Source of the DNA: Candidatus Dormibacteria bacterium
GTDB lineage: Bacteria; Chloroflexota; Dormibacteria; DASZGP01
Reading direction: 5' to 3'
Length of the DNA stretch: 64,000 bases
Assembly: GCA_050998755.1 (NCBI GenBank)
Contig: JBPCPW010000013.1
Coordinates: 5,668 to 69,667 of the forward strand
This document shows positions 26,251 through 35,493 of this stretch, one piece after another (positions within the stretch are counted from its first letter, which is position 1; each line of letters starts with the position of its first letter). Under the pieces are notes generated by a model. The model saw only the letters and a list, made by a program, of their open reading frames with translations, did not search any database and was not told where the DNA came from. A program made the translations under genes and the position numbers.

Positions 26251-26553
26251 ATGAGCCAGCCATGTTCAGAGTTCGTGCCATATTATTCATATATGACACG
26301 TAACGTATATCGGGCACACGTGGGACCTGGCGGCCGGGTGGTACTGCCCGCCGGCCTGCGACGGACCATGAACCTTCAGACCGGGTCGGAGCTAATCCTG
26401 GCGGAGACCCGCGAGGGCGAGTGGCGAATGTTCACCCGCGCTGATGCGCTGGCCGAAGCGCGGGCGCTGGTACGACAGCACGTCGGCTCCGGCGACAGCC
26501 TGGTCGACGAGTTGCTCGCTGAACGCCGCTCAGAGGCGCGCCGGAAGAAGTAG
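26251..26553 (+). CDS. AbrB/SpoVT-type antitoxin (VapB-like). Start probably the internal Met at 26293.
   Basis: HVGPGGRVVLPAGLRRTMNLQTGSELIL. Preceded by an AT-rich promoter-like island. Confidence 0.6.
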   Translation: MSQPCSEFVPYYSYMTRNVYRAHVGPGGRVVLPAGLRRTMNLQTGSELILAETREGEWRMFTRADALAEARALVRQHVGSGDSLVDELLAERRSEARRKK

Positions 26554-26931
26554 ATGGTGGTCCTCGACGCCTCCGCCGTGCTTGCGCTGCTGAACCAGGA
26601 GGCGGGAGCCGAGATGGTCGAGCCGTTGCTGGACGAGGCCGTCATTAGCGCAGTGAATCTGAGCGAGGTGGCCGGCAAACTTATCGACCGCGGGCTGACT
26701 CAGGCGGACGTACGTGCTGCACTCGACTCGTTGCAGCTCGACGTCCGCCCGTTTGATTCAGACCATGCCTACAGAGCCGCCGGGCTCCGGGCCGTTGTAC
26801 CGAAGGACTTCGCTCTCGGCGACCGGGCCTGCCTCGCCCTCGCGAGCGCCCTCCAAGTCGAAGCCTTCACCGCGGATCGAGAATGGCGCCGCCTGCAGCT
26901 GCCAGACATATTGGTCACCGTAATCCGATAG
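26554..26931 (+). CDS. vapC: VapC PIN-domain toxin.
   Basis: MVVLDASAVLALLNQE...FTADREWRRL. Start abuts the antitoxin stop. Confidence 0.72.
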   Translation: MVVLDASAVLALLNQEAGAEMVEPLLDEAVISAVNLSEVAGKLIDRGLTQADVRAALDSLQLDVRPFDSDHAYRAAGLRAVVPKDFALGDRACLALASALQVEAFTADREWRRLQLPDILVTVIR

Positions 26932-26934
26932 CGG

Positions 26935-29256
26935 TTAGAAGACCATCACGTAGGCGACACGGCCGATAAGAAGGCACGCTGCGCCGAGGAGAACCAGCAA
27001 CAGCCAACCACCGCCGCGGGGCATGGCCGTCCCGGTTGCCGGAAGAGATGAGCGCGACTGCGCGTTCGAGTTCGGCGGCGCGGTTGCGTTCGCTTTCACT
27101 GCCAGGGTGGCCGGCCCCGGGGCCGCGCCCGCCAGCTGTGGGTAGACGTCGACGAAGTAGGTGGTGCCCGCCACTCCGCTCACGCGCATTCCCCGCGTGT
27201 CGATGCTCGGGGCGGACTGGACACGACCGTCGAAATCGATGAACTGGCCGTGTGCGCCGACCGGCATCGAGCCAAAGGCCTGGATGCCCGGCAGCGCGAC
27301 CACGGTCCCCACCCCCGGCGCGAAGTCTGTCACCCCCGCGGGGAGCACCCAGATCCCGACCGGGCCATCGGCGCCCTTTCGCGTGAAGGCGCCGCTGGGC
27401 ATCAGGAACCTGCCGGCCATGATCTGCCCACCGGGTCCTCCCAACGTGTCGCCCAGGGCTGCGAGATGCTGGGCGACGAGGCCGGCAGCATCCGGGCCCA
27501 ACGACTCGGATTCCAGCTTGTGGTACTGGTTGTGCTGGTCGTAGTCGGCCGTGGGGTCGCTCTGCGCCCGGGCGCCCGCCGGGCAGCCAGGGTCAACGTA
27601 CACCGCCGGGTCGGAGAACCAACCCGGTGACGGAATCTCGTAGCCGACCAGGTCATCGCCCAGGCCCATCTCCAGCTTGTGGGCCGCGGCCGCGTGCCAG
27701 GCAGGCACCGGGGGCTGGGTGCGCCCCGGACATGAAATCTGCTCGATGCCAAACGGGTGTCCCTCGATGAGCGCCGGATAGGCCTCGCCGGGGTTGACCA
27801 ACATCTGCAGCTGCGGGCCCAGGTCCAGGAGGCCCACCTCGGTGAGGAAGCAGGTCCGGGGGACGTTACTGCTGTCAAGACACGGGGTGACCGAGGCGAC
27901 GGTGCGGTGGGCAAACAGCCCGGCGCCGAAGGCGGCGACGAAAAGCTGGTTCTGCAGCGGCACAGCGAAGGTGTCGACCCTTGCGTTGATCGCATGTGGG
28001 GCGACATCGTCCAGGTTCCCGCTTAACGCCGAGGCGACGTCCGCGGCGATCCGCGCACCGGTGTGGGCCGGGAGGTCAAAGCAGCCCTCAGCACGGGGGA
28101 CATGGTCGGTGAAGCCAGCGGCCGGGCACTCGTTGTCGGGGTTGGGCAAAGGGAAAGCGTGCGGATCCTCGATGCTGCCGTTGTCCCCCACCAGGAACAT
28201 CGCCTGTCCCCCAAGCCGACTGGCGAGCGCGCCGGCGAAGACCCCTGGCCAGTCATCAGAAATGGCGCGGTTTACCCGCTTCAGCCGGTTGCCGTCATTT
28301 GGGTCGGGGGCCTGCGCCTGGTCGGGTGCATGCCCGACCTGCTGGTTGTGCGCCGCCCAGTTGAACAGCGTCTCGATATTGCCGCCGCCATCGGCGCGCA
28401 CCAGTTGCAGCACGCGCGCCTTGCCGTCGGTTGCCTCCGGGGTGCCAAAGGCCGGTTGGCCGGGAGCGGGACTGCGGATCGCGTCGGTGGTCAGGAAGGT
28501 CTCGCTGAGACGAGCCCGCACGTCGGCGGGATAGAACTCGCCCACACGAATCTTTGCGGCGACCATCACACCCACCGCCTGCTTGCCCGCGGCCTCCGCT
28601 TGTTGGACCAGGAAGGAGATGTAGTAATCGTCGACCCCCGAGTGAACCCCGGCCGAGCCGGTGCCGTTGTCCGGGGCGCCGTAGATGCCGATGGGGTCGG
28701 GTGAAGATTCATTGTGGGTCGAGCTGACGTAGACCTGACTCACCAACGGCTGGGCGGCCCTGATGCCGTTGCGGATCCGCTGGTCGTCCTCCAACAGCAG
28801 GCCCTGGGCGGTGATCGACTCGATAACCACGGTCCGGGCGCCGTCAGAGATGGCCAGGGCGCGCGCGTAGATGGGGTCGTGTACCCACTCGGTGAGATGG
28901 TCCACGCCTCCCGAGCTGTACAGCCCATCCCAGCGACCGTTGTGGTCGGCGTCGCAGTAGAGGTCCTTGGTGTAATCGAACTGCCCGGTGCCCGCGCTGT
29001 CGATGTACGGCTCTTCGAAGTCGAATAGGCGCTTCCCGCTGAAGACGGTGGTGTCGCAACCCGGAAAGTCGCGGGCGTCGTCAGCAGGGTTATAGGGGGG
29101 CGGCGTGATGCTCACCGCGGCGGCGCCGGCAAGCCACGTCGAGGGGGCTGCCGCGGCCCCGGCCGGCGCGACGGCGGGCATCATCGAAGCACCGCCGATG
29201 ACGACTAGCGAGAGCACGGCGCGGGTCCATCCACGCCTCCTGCCCACCCCTGTCAA
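26935..29256 (-). CDS. Secreted neutral/alkaline-ceramidase-like hydrolase with a C-terminal LPATG sortase signal (773 aa).
   Basis: N-terminal signal peptide. QVYVSSTHNESSP resembles the ceramidase ..sgTHtHsgP segment. The C-terminus is LPATG + hydrophobic helix + basic tail. Confidence 0.5.
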   Translation of the reverse strand: MTGVGRRRGWTRAVLSLVVIGGASMMPAVAPAGAAAAPSTWLAGAAAVSITPPPYNPADDARDFPGCDTTVFSGKRLFDFEEPYIDSAGTGQFDYTKDLYCDADHNGRWDGLYSSGGVDHLTEWVHDPIYARALAISDGARTVVIESITAQGLLLEDDQRIRNGIRAAQPLVSQVYVSSTHNESSPDPIGIYGAPDNGTGSAGVHSGVDDYYISFLVQQAEAAGKQAVGVMVAAKIRVGEFYPADVRARLSETFLTTDAIRSPAPGQPAFGTPEATDGKARVLQLVRADGGGNIETLFNWAAHNQQVGHAPDQAQAPDPNDGNRLKRVNRAISDDWPGVFAGALASRLGGQAMFLVGDNGSIEDPHAFPLPNPDNECPAAGFTDHVPRAEGCFDLPAHTGARIAADVASALSGNLDDVAPHAINARVDTFAVPLQNQLFVAAFGAGLFAHRTVASVTPCLDSSNVPRTCFLTEVGLLDLGPQLQMLVNPGEAYPALIEGHPFGIEQISCPGRTQPPVPAWHAAAAHKLEMGLGDDLVGYEIPSPGWFSDPAVYVDPGCPAGARAQSDPTADYDQHNQYHKLESESLGPDAAGLVAQHLAALGDTLGGPGGQIMAGRFLMPSGAFTRKGADGPVGIWVLPAGVTDFAPGVGTVVALPGIQAFGSMPVGAHGQFIDFDGRVQSAPSIDTRGMRVSGVAGTTYFVDVYPQLAGAAPGPATLAVKANATAPPNSNAQSRSSLPATGTAMPRGGGWLLLVLLGAACLLIGRVAYVMVF

Positions 29257-29264
29257 ATGTCGCT

Positions 29265-32200
29265 CTAGATTCGTCTGTGGCCTGCCGCGGCGCGTGAGGG
29301 CCTCCGCGCTCGGATCGTGATCACCAGGGCGACGGAGAGCAGCAGTAGGGAGAGGTCGATGGCCCGGCCGGCCCCGGTGGTGGTGGCGGGCAGCCCTCGG
29401 TCCGCCGCGGTGCAGGCGTTGTTAACCCTGGTGGAGGCCGGAGCCGCGGACGAGCTGCTCGGACTGGGGAAGTACGCCACGTTGCTGATCGCGCCCAGGT
29501 TACCGCCCCCGCGGGTCGCGTCGTTGGTGCCCTGGACCGCCACCCACACCGGGCCGTTGGCGGGGATGCCACCGATCGCCGCACCCTGCGGCCGGCAGGC
29601 CCCCACCGCGCCCGCGGCGCCCCCCGCGGCGGACAGGGTCAATGATGACCCGCTGACCATTGTCGCCTGGGCCCACGTGGCGTCGGTGATGGGGCCGGTG
29701 GTCGAGTAGCGCACCTCGTAGCCCCTGGTGTCACCACAGAAAAGGTCACCGTGCGGCGCGGTGAAGGTCAAATTCACCGTCCCGCCGTCGCGGCTCCCAG
29801 CGAGGTCTGAGACCGTTGCCGGCCGACCGGTCTTCGTCTCGTACTCGCTGCTGTTCCAGTTGTCGTGGCGCGCCTTGGGCCAGGAGGCCGGGGCGCACTG
29901 TCCGGCGGTCGTGTTCCACACGAAGAGGCGGCCGTCGCGTGTCAGCGACGCCACCCGCTTGTTGAGTGCGGTGCCGAAGGTGCCCACCACGGGTGTGTCC
30001 ACGGTCCAGTCCCCGGTGTTCTTGTTCCAGCCGGGAACCTCGTTGCCGAACTGGTCGACGCCCCGCAGGTCGTTGCTGGCGCTGCCCTGGAGGATGGCCT
30101 GGGTGCCGTCGCCGGTGATGTCGGCGACTGACGGCCCGGCCAGGAACTGGAGGTCGTTCATGTAGTGCGGGAAACCGGCGTGGAACTGGGGCGAACAGGC
30201 AGCCCCGGCGCAGACCGGGGGCACCGTGCTGAGGCTCCAGGCGGTCACCTGATTCTGGGCATTGAACTGGTGGGCCGCGAGGATCACGTCGACCAGCTTG
30301 TTGACCCCGGCCGTCGGCGTCACCAGGACCGTGTCCCCCTTGCTGGTGAGGTCGCCGAAGACCACCAGGCCAAAGGCCGCCGCGGCCTCGGGGTCGTTGC
30401 TGTTGCCAGTGCCGCGCTGACCGGTTCCGCCCAGGGTGCGGTCGTGCATCCCGGGGTCCAGCGCGCCCAACCCCTGGCCGTAACAGGATTTGCCGTCGCT
30501 GCCGAAGATGTAGACCGGCCCGTTGTTCGCGGCCACTCCCACCTTTAACCCGGGGCTTGAGTTCTGCGGGCAGGACATGCTGATGAGCGCCGGGGGCGTA
30601 TCGACCCCGGAGCCCACCGTGGGCAGGATCTCGGCCTGCAGGATGCCGACCTTGACCGGCCACCCCGGCACGTACGAGTTTGTCGCGACGGCGTCCGGGG
30701 GCTCGGCCGGGCAGGAAGCCACCCCGTGGCAGTAGCCATCACTGAAGACCGCGTAGGTTCGTCCGTTGGCCGGGCTAGCCACCGCGCCGACCGCCGCGGC
30801 AAGGGTCCCAGCGCTGTCTCCGGAGGCGTTGAAGCCGCCGTCCGCCGCGGCCCGGTACTCCTCGTTGCGGCCGATCACGATCTCCTTGTGGCCGTCGCCC
30901 AGAAGATCGCCGATCGATGCGCCGGAGACGATCTTGCTGCCGTAGAGCGCGCCGGAATCAGGCTTCAATGTCACCTTGTGCGTGCCCGGGGCGATGCCGG
31001 CGATCTTGTCGGCGGAGCCCAACAGCAGCGGGAATCCGGGCTTGCGCGAGCCATCTGAGCGCCAGACATAGAGGTGGCGATCCATGGAGCCGTCGATGAT
31101 CTCGAGCTTGCCGTCGCCATTGAGGTCGGCCAGCGCGGGGGAGCCGAAGAAGCCGAAGTGGACACGATTGTCGACGTCGCGGTTGAATGCTCCGGGAACA
31201 CCCTGGCGGGAGTAGCGGTAGTCGATGTGGACCGGGAAATTGGGTCGCACACACGGCGCCGTCCTGCCGATGCCTGCGCAGTAGGCCGCGGAGGCCTCGT
31301 AGACGTAGACGTACCCGGCGTTGTCGGCCGCCACCACCTGCAGGCGCCCGGTGCGGTCGAGGTCGCCCACAGCCACCGCACGGAACACCGCCGCGTAGCT
31401 CTTCGCTGCCACCGGCCCCAGTACCGGGTCCCTGAACGCCGGTTCGCGCGCGCGCGAGTTGCAGGTGGTGCTGTCGGGCAGGTCGCTGGCACACAGCGGG
31501 GTGGTGTGCACGGGCCAGCCCGGCAACTCGGTGCCGTCTGAGCGCAGGGCGTGGATCAGCCCCGACGAGCTGCCGAAGATGAGCTCATTCTGGTTGTCCC
31601 CAAGCAGGTCAGCCAGCACCGGCTCGCTGCCGCCGTCGCTGTTGTATTTCTTGGGGAAGCCCGGTACCGCTGTCCCATTCGCCCCCACGCTGTCGTCGTG
31701 GTGATGCTGCAGCGACTTGCGGTCCTCGCCGACGTGGACGTTTGCCAGGGGCTGGCCCTGGGCATCCAGCGCGGTGACCTGCAGCCGCAGCGTGAAGGTG
31801 AACTGATCCCATTGGTTCTTGCCCGGCGTGGTGCTGTACGGCGGCAGCAACCAGTCGGTCTGGTCGCCGTTGGGGTTGGCCAGTGGATGGGCCACGGCGT
31901 AGGTGGCGGGGTTGTAGTTGGCAAAGGCCTGGTCCAGCTGCTCCCGGGTGAGGGTCGCCAGCTTGCCGCTGATCGGCGCGGTCTGCACCCCCGGGTGGGT
32001 CACCGGGATGTCGATGGCGTGGAAGTCCTGCTCGTGCGGCTGTACGCCGTAGGCGACCTGGACGGTGTATCGGTAGCGGCCGCCGGGGGCCCGGCCTGCG
32101 GCCACCCGCCCGGTGACATCGAACGAGGGCACCGTGGTGTCCAGGTTCTCGAACCACGCCGGCGTCTCGATGCTGGCCTCGGGCGGAATCCGCCCGCTCA

Positions 32201-33992
32201 GGACGGTGCGCACCTGGCAGTTGGCGTTGACCCGGCCATAGCCGAAGTACTGGGACCAGCCGCCGATGGAGCGGTAGCGCTCGCCGGCGTTGGTGGTGCC
32301 GTAATTGTTGGGCAGGCCGGGACCATCGGGTGCGCCCGGCGCGCCCAGGGGAACGTTGGCGCAGGGTGAGGTGGCGTCGGCCGGGCTGTCGGCCCGGGTC
32401 ACGGGCGGCGAGCTGTCCTCAAAATCGATGTTGTCTGCCGATGCGACGACAACTTGTTTGACCTCCTCAGGGGAGATGTCGACGCCATCCGGGTGGAGGG
32501 GCGTTGGGGGCGCGTACTGCGCCATCAGCCCCTGCTTGACCATGTTGCGCGCCACCGCGTAGATCAGCCCTACCTGCCCGGCCTCTTTGCCCACGGCCTC
32601 CGAGCTGCAGGAGGCGCTCTCGACCGAGGCGATGATGTGGCCCCCGTAGTTGGTACAGCCATTCAGCAGGAGATAAGTGCGACCCGGGCTCGGTCCGACG
32701 TTGGGCAGGCCCCCGAACTGAGACGGCAGCTGGCTGTCGGCCTCGTTCTTGCGCACGGAGTTGACCACGATGGCGTGGTTCTCGGTGGCACCCGGCTGGT
32801 TGTGGTGCCCAGCCTCCTCATCGGCGGCGCTGGCGACGAAGGTAACGCCATTGCGGTACGCGTAGTCGATTGAGGCCTGGGTCAGGTCTGAGCTGTTGAG
32901 CGTCCCCAGCGCCGACTGGATGATGTTGACCTGGTTGTCCACCCCGTACATCACCGCCTGGTTGAACTCGTTGACGTCGGCGATGAAGGAGTCGCCCACC
33001 TTCAGCGGCAGGACCATACAGCTGGGGCAGGTGCCGATGTCACCCCCGTTGTTGGCCTCCGAGTTGGAGTCACGGGCCTCCCCGCTGCCGTGACCATAGT
33101 GGGGCTCGTCGTAGGGATCGTTGGTCCGCTCCATGAAGTTCCAGCCGGCGATATCGTGGGGGAACCCGTTGCCGTCGTTGTCGGCGTTCTCGGCGCCGTT
33201 GGAGCACACCCTGCGGCCCTGTGAGTCGACGCCGGTGAAGCTCCCGACCTGCTGCATTGGAGGGAGCGTAGCGTCGTAGCACGAGAACACCTCGATCAGG
33301 TCCTCGGGCGTGAGCAGGTTCTTGGTGGGATCTGTGCTACCGCAACAGAAATGGGTGTGGGCGGGCGCGTTGACGCGGGGATCGGCAGCGTAGTCGCTGA
33401 CATTGACGACCCCGTCACCGTTCACGTCGTAGCAGTCGGTAGAGCCGCGGGCCGCGGTCGGGAACCCGGGCGAGGCCAGCTTCTGGTTGCGCGGAGGCAG
33501 GCGGGACGGGTCGCAGCCAGGGTACAGGCTGCCGTCCGCGCGCAGTGGCGGGGGCAGCTCAGCCCAGTTCAACCAGACCTTGTTGCGAAGGTCGTTCATC
33601 TTGTCGAACTCGTTCCAGATGATCCCGGAATCCAGCACCGCGATGTGGATGTCCGGCCTGCCGGTGCTGACGTTGAGCGCCTTGTCGACGCTCCCGCCCA
33701 TGACGCCACCCAGCTCCTGTGCGGAGCGCGGCGGAAAGCCCGCCGTCGGGTCGACCTGGCTGCTCACGTGCCAGTCGTCGCAAGCGAAGTCGTTGGGGTT
33801 CTGGTTCGGCAGCGCAATGGGGCAGACCACGTGGGCCCGCAGGTACTTCTCGTACGCGTACGGGTCGTTGGTTCCGTGACCCGGGAATGGCATCTCCGCC
33901 AGCGCGCCCAGTGGCGCGATCAGCACGCCCACACACGCAATCAACGCCGTCAGCGCGGCCCGAACCCCTGCCCTCTCCCGCCTACGTTGCAA
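29265..33992 (-). CDS. Giant secreted subtilisin-like (S8) serine protease with FG-GAP/VCBS repeat beta-propeller region and a C-terminal sorting-signal-like anchor (1575 aa).
   Basis: Signal peptide. S8 Asp motif HIAVLDSGI. Several DxDGDG-type FG-GAP repeats (DLNGDGKLEIIDG, IGDLLGDGHKEIVIG, VGDLDRTGRLQVV). C-terminus LPATTTG...LLLLSVALVITIRARRPSR. Confidence 0.6.
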   Translation of the reverse strand: MQRRRERAGVRAALTALIACVGVLIAPLGALAEMPFPGHGTNDPYAYEKYLRAHVVCPIALPNQNPNDFACDDWHVSSQVDPTAGFPPRSAQELGGVMGGSVDKALNVSTGRPDIHIAVLDSGIIWNEFDKMNDLRNKVWLNWAELPPPLRADGSLYPGCDPSRLPPRNQKLASPGFPTAARGSTDCYDVNGDGVVNVSDYAADPRVNAPAHTHFCCGSTDPTKNLLTPEDLIEVFSCYDATLPPMQQVGSFTGVDSQGRRVCSNGAENADNDGNGFPHDIAGWNFMERTNDPYDEPHYGHGSGEARDSNSEANNGGDIGTCPSCMVLPLKVGDSFIADVNEFNQAVMYGVDNQVNIIQSALGTLNSSDLTQASIDYAYRNGVTFVASAADEEAGHHNQPGATENHAIVVNSVRKNEADSQLPSQFGGLPNVGPSPGRTYLLLNGCTNYGGHIIASVESASCSSEAVGKEAGQVGLIYAVARNMVKQGLMAQYAPPTPLHPDGVDISPEEVKQVVVASADNIDFEDSSPPVTRADSPADATSPCANVPLGAPGAPDGPGLPNNYGTTNAGERYRSIGGWSQYFGYGRVNANCQVRTVLSGRIPPEASIETPAWFENLDTTVPSFDVTGRVAAGRAPGGRYRYTVQVAYGVQPHEQDFHAIDIPVTHPGVQTAPISGKLATLTREQLDQAFANYNPATYAVAHPLANPNGDQTDWLLPPYSTTPGKNQWDQFTFTLRLQVTALDAQGQPLANVHVGEDRKSLQHHHDDSVGANGTAVPGFPKKYNSDGGSEPVLADLLGDNQNELIFGSSSGLIHALRSDGTELPGWPVHTTPLCASDLPDSTTCNSRAREPAFRDPVLGPVAAKSYAAVFRAVAVGDLDRTGRLQVVAADNAGYVYVYEASAAYCAGIGRTAPCVRPNFPVHIDYRYSRQGVPGAFNRDVDNRVHFGFFGSPALADLNGDGKLEIIDGSMDRHLYVWRSDGSRKPGFPLLLGSADKIAGIAPGTHKVTLKPDSGALYGSKIVSGASIGDLLGDGHKEIVIGRNEEYRAAADGGFNASGDSAGTLAAAVGAVASPANGRTYAVFSDGYCHGVASCPAEPPDAVATNSYVPGWPVKVGILQAEILPTVGSGVDTPPALISMSCPQNSSPGLKVGVAANNGPVYIFGSDGKSCYGQGLGALDPGMHDRTLGGTGQRGTGNSNDPEAAAAFGLVVFGDLTSKGDTVLVTPTAGVNKLVDVILAAHQFNAQNQVTAWSLSTVPPVCAGAACSPQFHAGFPHYMNDLQFLAGPSVADITGDGTQAILQGSASNDLRGVDQFGNEVPGWNKNTGDWTVDTPVVGTFGTALNKRVASLTRDGRLFVWNTTAGQCAPASWPKARHDNWNSSEYETKTGRPATVSDLAGSRDGGTVNLTFTAPHGDLFCGDTRGYEVRYSTTGPITDATWAQATMVSGSSLTLSAAGGAAGAVGACRPQGAAIGGIPANGPVWVAVQGTNDATRGGGNLGAISNVAYFPSPSSSSAAPASTRVNNACTAADRGLPATTTGAGRAIDLSLLLLSVALVITIRARRPSRAAAGHRRI

Positions 33993-34100
33993 GTTCCGGC
34001 GAATCTACCTCCGCGCCCCCAGCTGAGTCAATCCGGAGGCTGTGCGCGGGCCTTGGGGTGGTACTGACACCCACCCCGTCGTGGTGCAGCGCCCCCGGCT

Positions 34101-35360
34101 ATGTCTGGCCTGCATGTCGCCATTGTGGTAGGGGTGGGAACCCTGGTGGGCAGCGGGCGTCAGGCCAATCTCCTGCTGTCGATCGTCGCCACCGCCGTCG
34201 TCGCGGTCGGGTTCCAGCCCGCCCGCGGGCGGCTGGAGAAGCTGGCCAACCGCCTGGTTTACGGGAAGCGCGCGTCGCCGTATGAGGTGCTGTCGGAGTT
34301 CTCAGGACGCCTCGCCGAGACGTTCGGTGCCGGCGATGTCCTGGCGCGCATGGCGCGCATCCTCGCCGAGGGAACCGGCGCTGTGCGGACCGATGTGTGG
34401 CTCCGTTACGGCGGCGAGCTGCGCCTCGAAGCCTCGTACCCCGACAGAGGGGCGGAGGGTGAGGCCGACGAGCGCCGTCTCCACCTCGTCGGTCAGATCC
34501 TCCCGCCCATCGCCGGCGCCGGCCGGGTCGTCCCGGTGCGCGACCGGGGCGAGCTGCTCGGGGCCCTCGCAGTGACCAAACGAGCCGGCGAGTCCCTGAC
34601 ACCGCTTGAGGAAAAGCTGCTCGAGGACCTTGCCCGGCCGGCCGGCCTGGTGCTGCGGAACGTCGGCCTCACCGCCGACCTGCAGGCCCGGCTGGTCGAG
34701 CTGCGTGAGTCACGCAAGCGCCTGGTGGCCGCCCAGGACCTGGAGCGCCGGCGCCTCGAACGCAACCTGCACGACGGAGCGCAGCAACACCTCGTGGCTC
34801 TGAAGGTGAAGCTGGGGCTCATGGCGATGCTCCTGAAGCGCGACCCCGACCGGGTCCCGGAAACACTCGAGCAGCTGATGGTCGATGCCGACGAGGCCCT
34901 CCAGACCCTGCGCGACCTGGCCCGCGGGATATACCCGCCGCTGCTCGCGGAGAAGGGGCTCGAAGCGGCACTGGTGGCACATGTGCGCAAGGTGTCGGTG
35001 CCCGTCGAGGTCGCCGCCGGCGGGCTCGCGCGCTATCCGCAGGAGGTTGAGGCCGCGGTCTACTTCTGCGTGTTGGAGGCACTGCAGAACGTCACCAAAT
35101 ACGCCGCGGCAACGAGCGCAACGCTGAACCTCTCGACGGCCGGTGACGACCTGGTCTTTGCCGTGGCGGACGATGGCGCGGGATTCGACCCCGCGACCAC
35201 CCCGCGGGGGGCCGGCCTAGCCAACATGGTCGACCGCATCGATGCGCTTGGCGGCACCGTCGAGGTCTTCAGCCGCCCGGGCGAGGGGTGCCGGGTTAGC
35301 GGACGGATCCCGGTGTCTGCGGTTGTCATCGCGACGCCGGGGGTCGAAGAGAGTGCCTGA
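34101..35360 (+). CDS. Sensor histidine kinase, HisKA_3/NarL-type, with no adjacent response regulator.
   Basis: H-box LERRRLERNLHDGAQQHL. HATPase_c motifs (DDGAGFD, GLANMVDRIDALGGTV). Confidence 0.75.
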   Translation: MSGLHVAIVVGVGTLVGSGRQANLLLSIVATAVVAVGFQPARGRLEKLANRLVYGKRASPYEVLSEFSGRLAETFGAGDVLARMARILAEGTGAVRTDVWLRYGGELRLEASYPDRGAEGEADERRLHLVGQILPPIAGAGRVVPVRDRGELLGALAVTKRAGESLTPLEEKLLEDLARPAGLVLRNVGLTADLQARLVELRESRKRLVAAQDLERRRLERNLHDGAQQHLVALKVKLGLMAMLLKRDPDRVPETLEQLMVDADEALQTLRDLARGIYPPLLAEKGLEAALVAHVRKVSVPVEVAAGGLARYPQEVEAAVYFCVLEALQNVTKYAAATSATLNLSTAGDDLVFAVADDGAGFDPATTPRGAGLANMVDRIDALGGTVEVFSRPGEGCRVSGRIPVSAVVIATPGVEESA

Positions 35361-35493
35361 CCGCAACCAGCAATCGCCGGTGCTCCAGGAAGCCAGGCTC
35401 GACCGCATTTGAGGTGAGGTCAAGCGCCCGGGCATAGGCCTCCGCGGCATCGACATCCTGCCACGCCGGGCTTCGCGCGGTCATCATCTGCGC

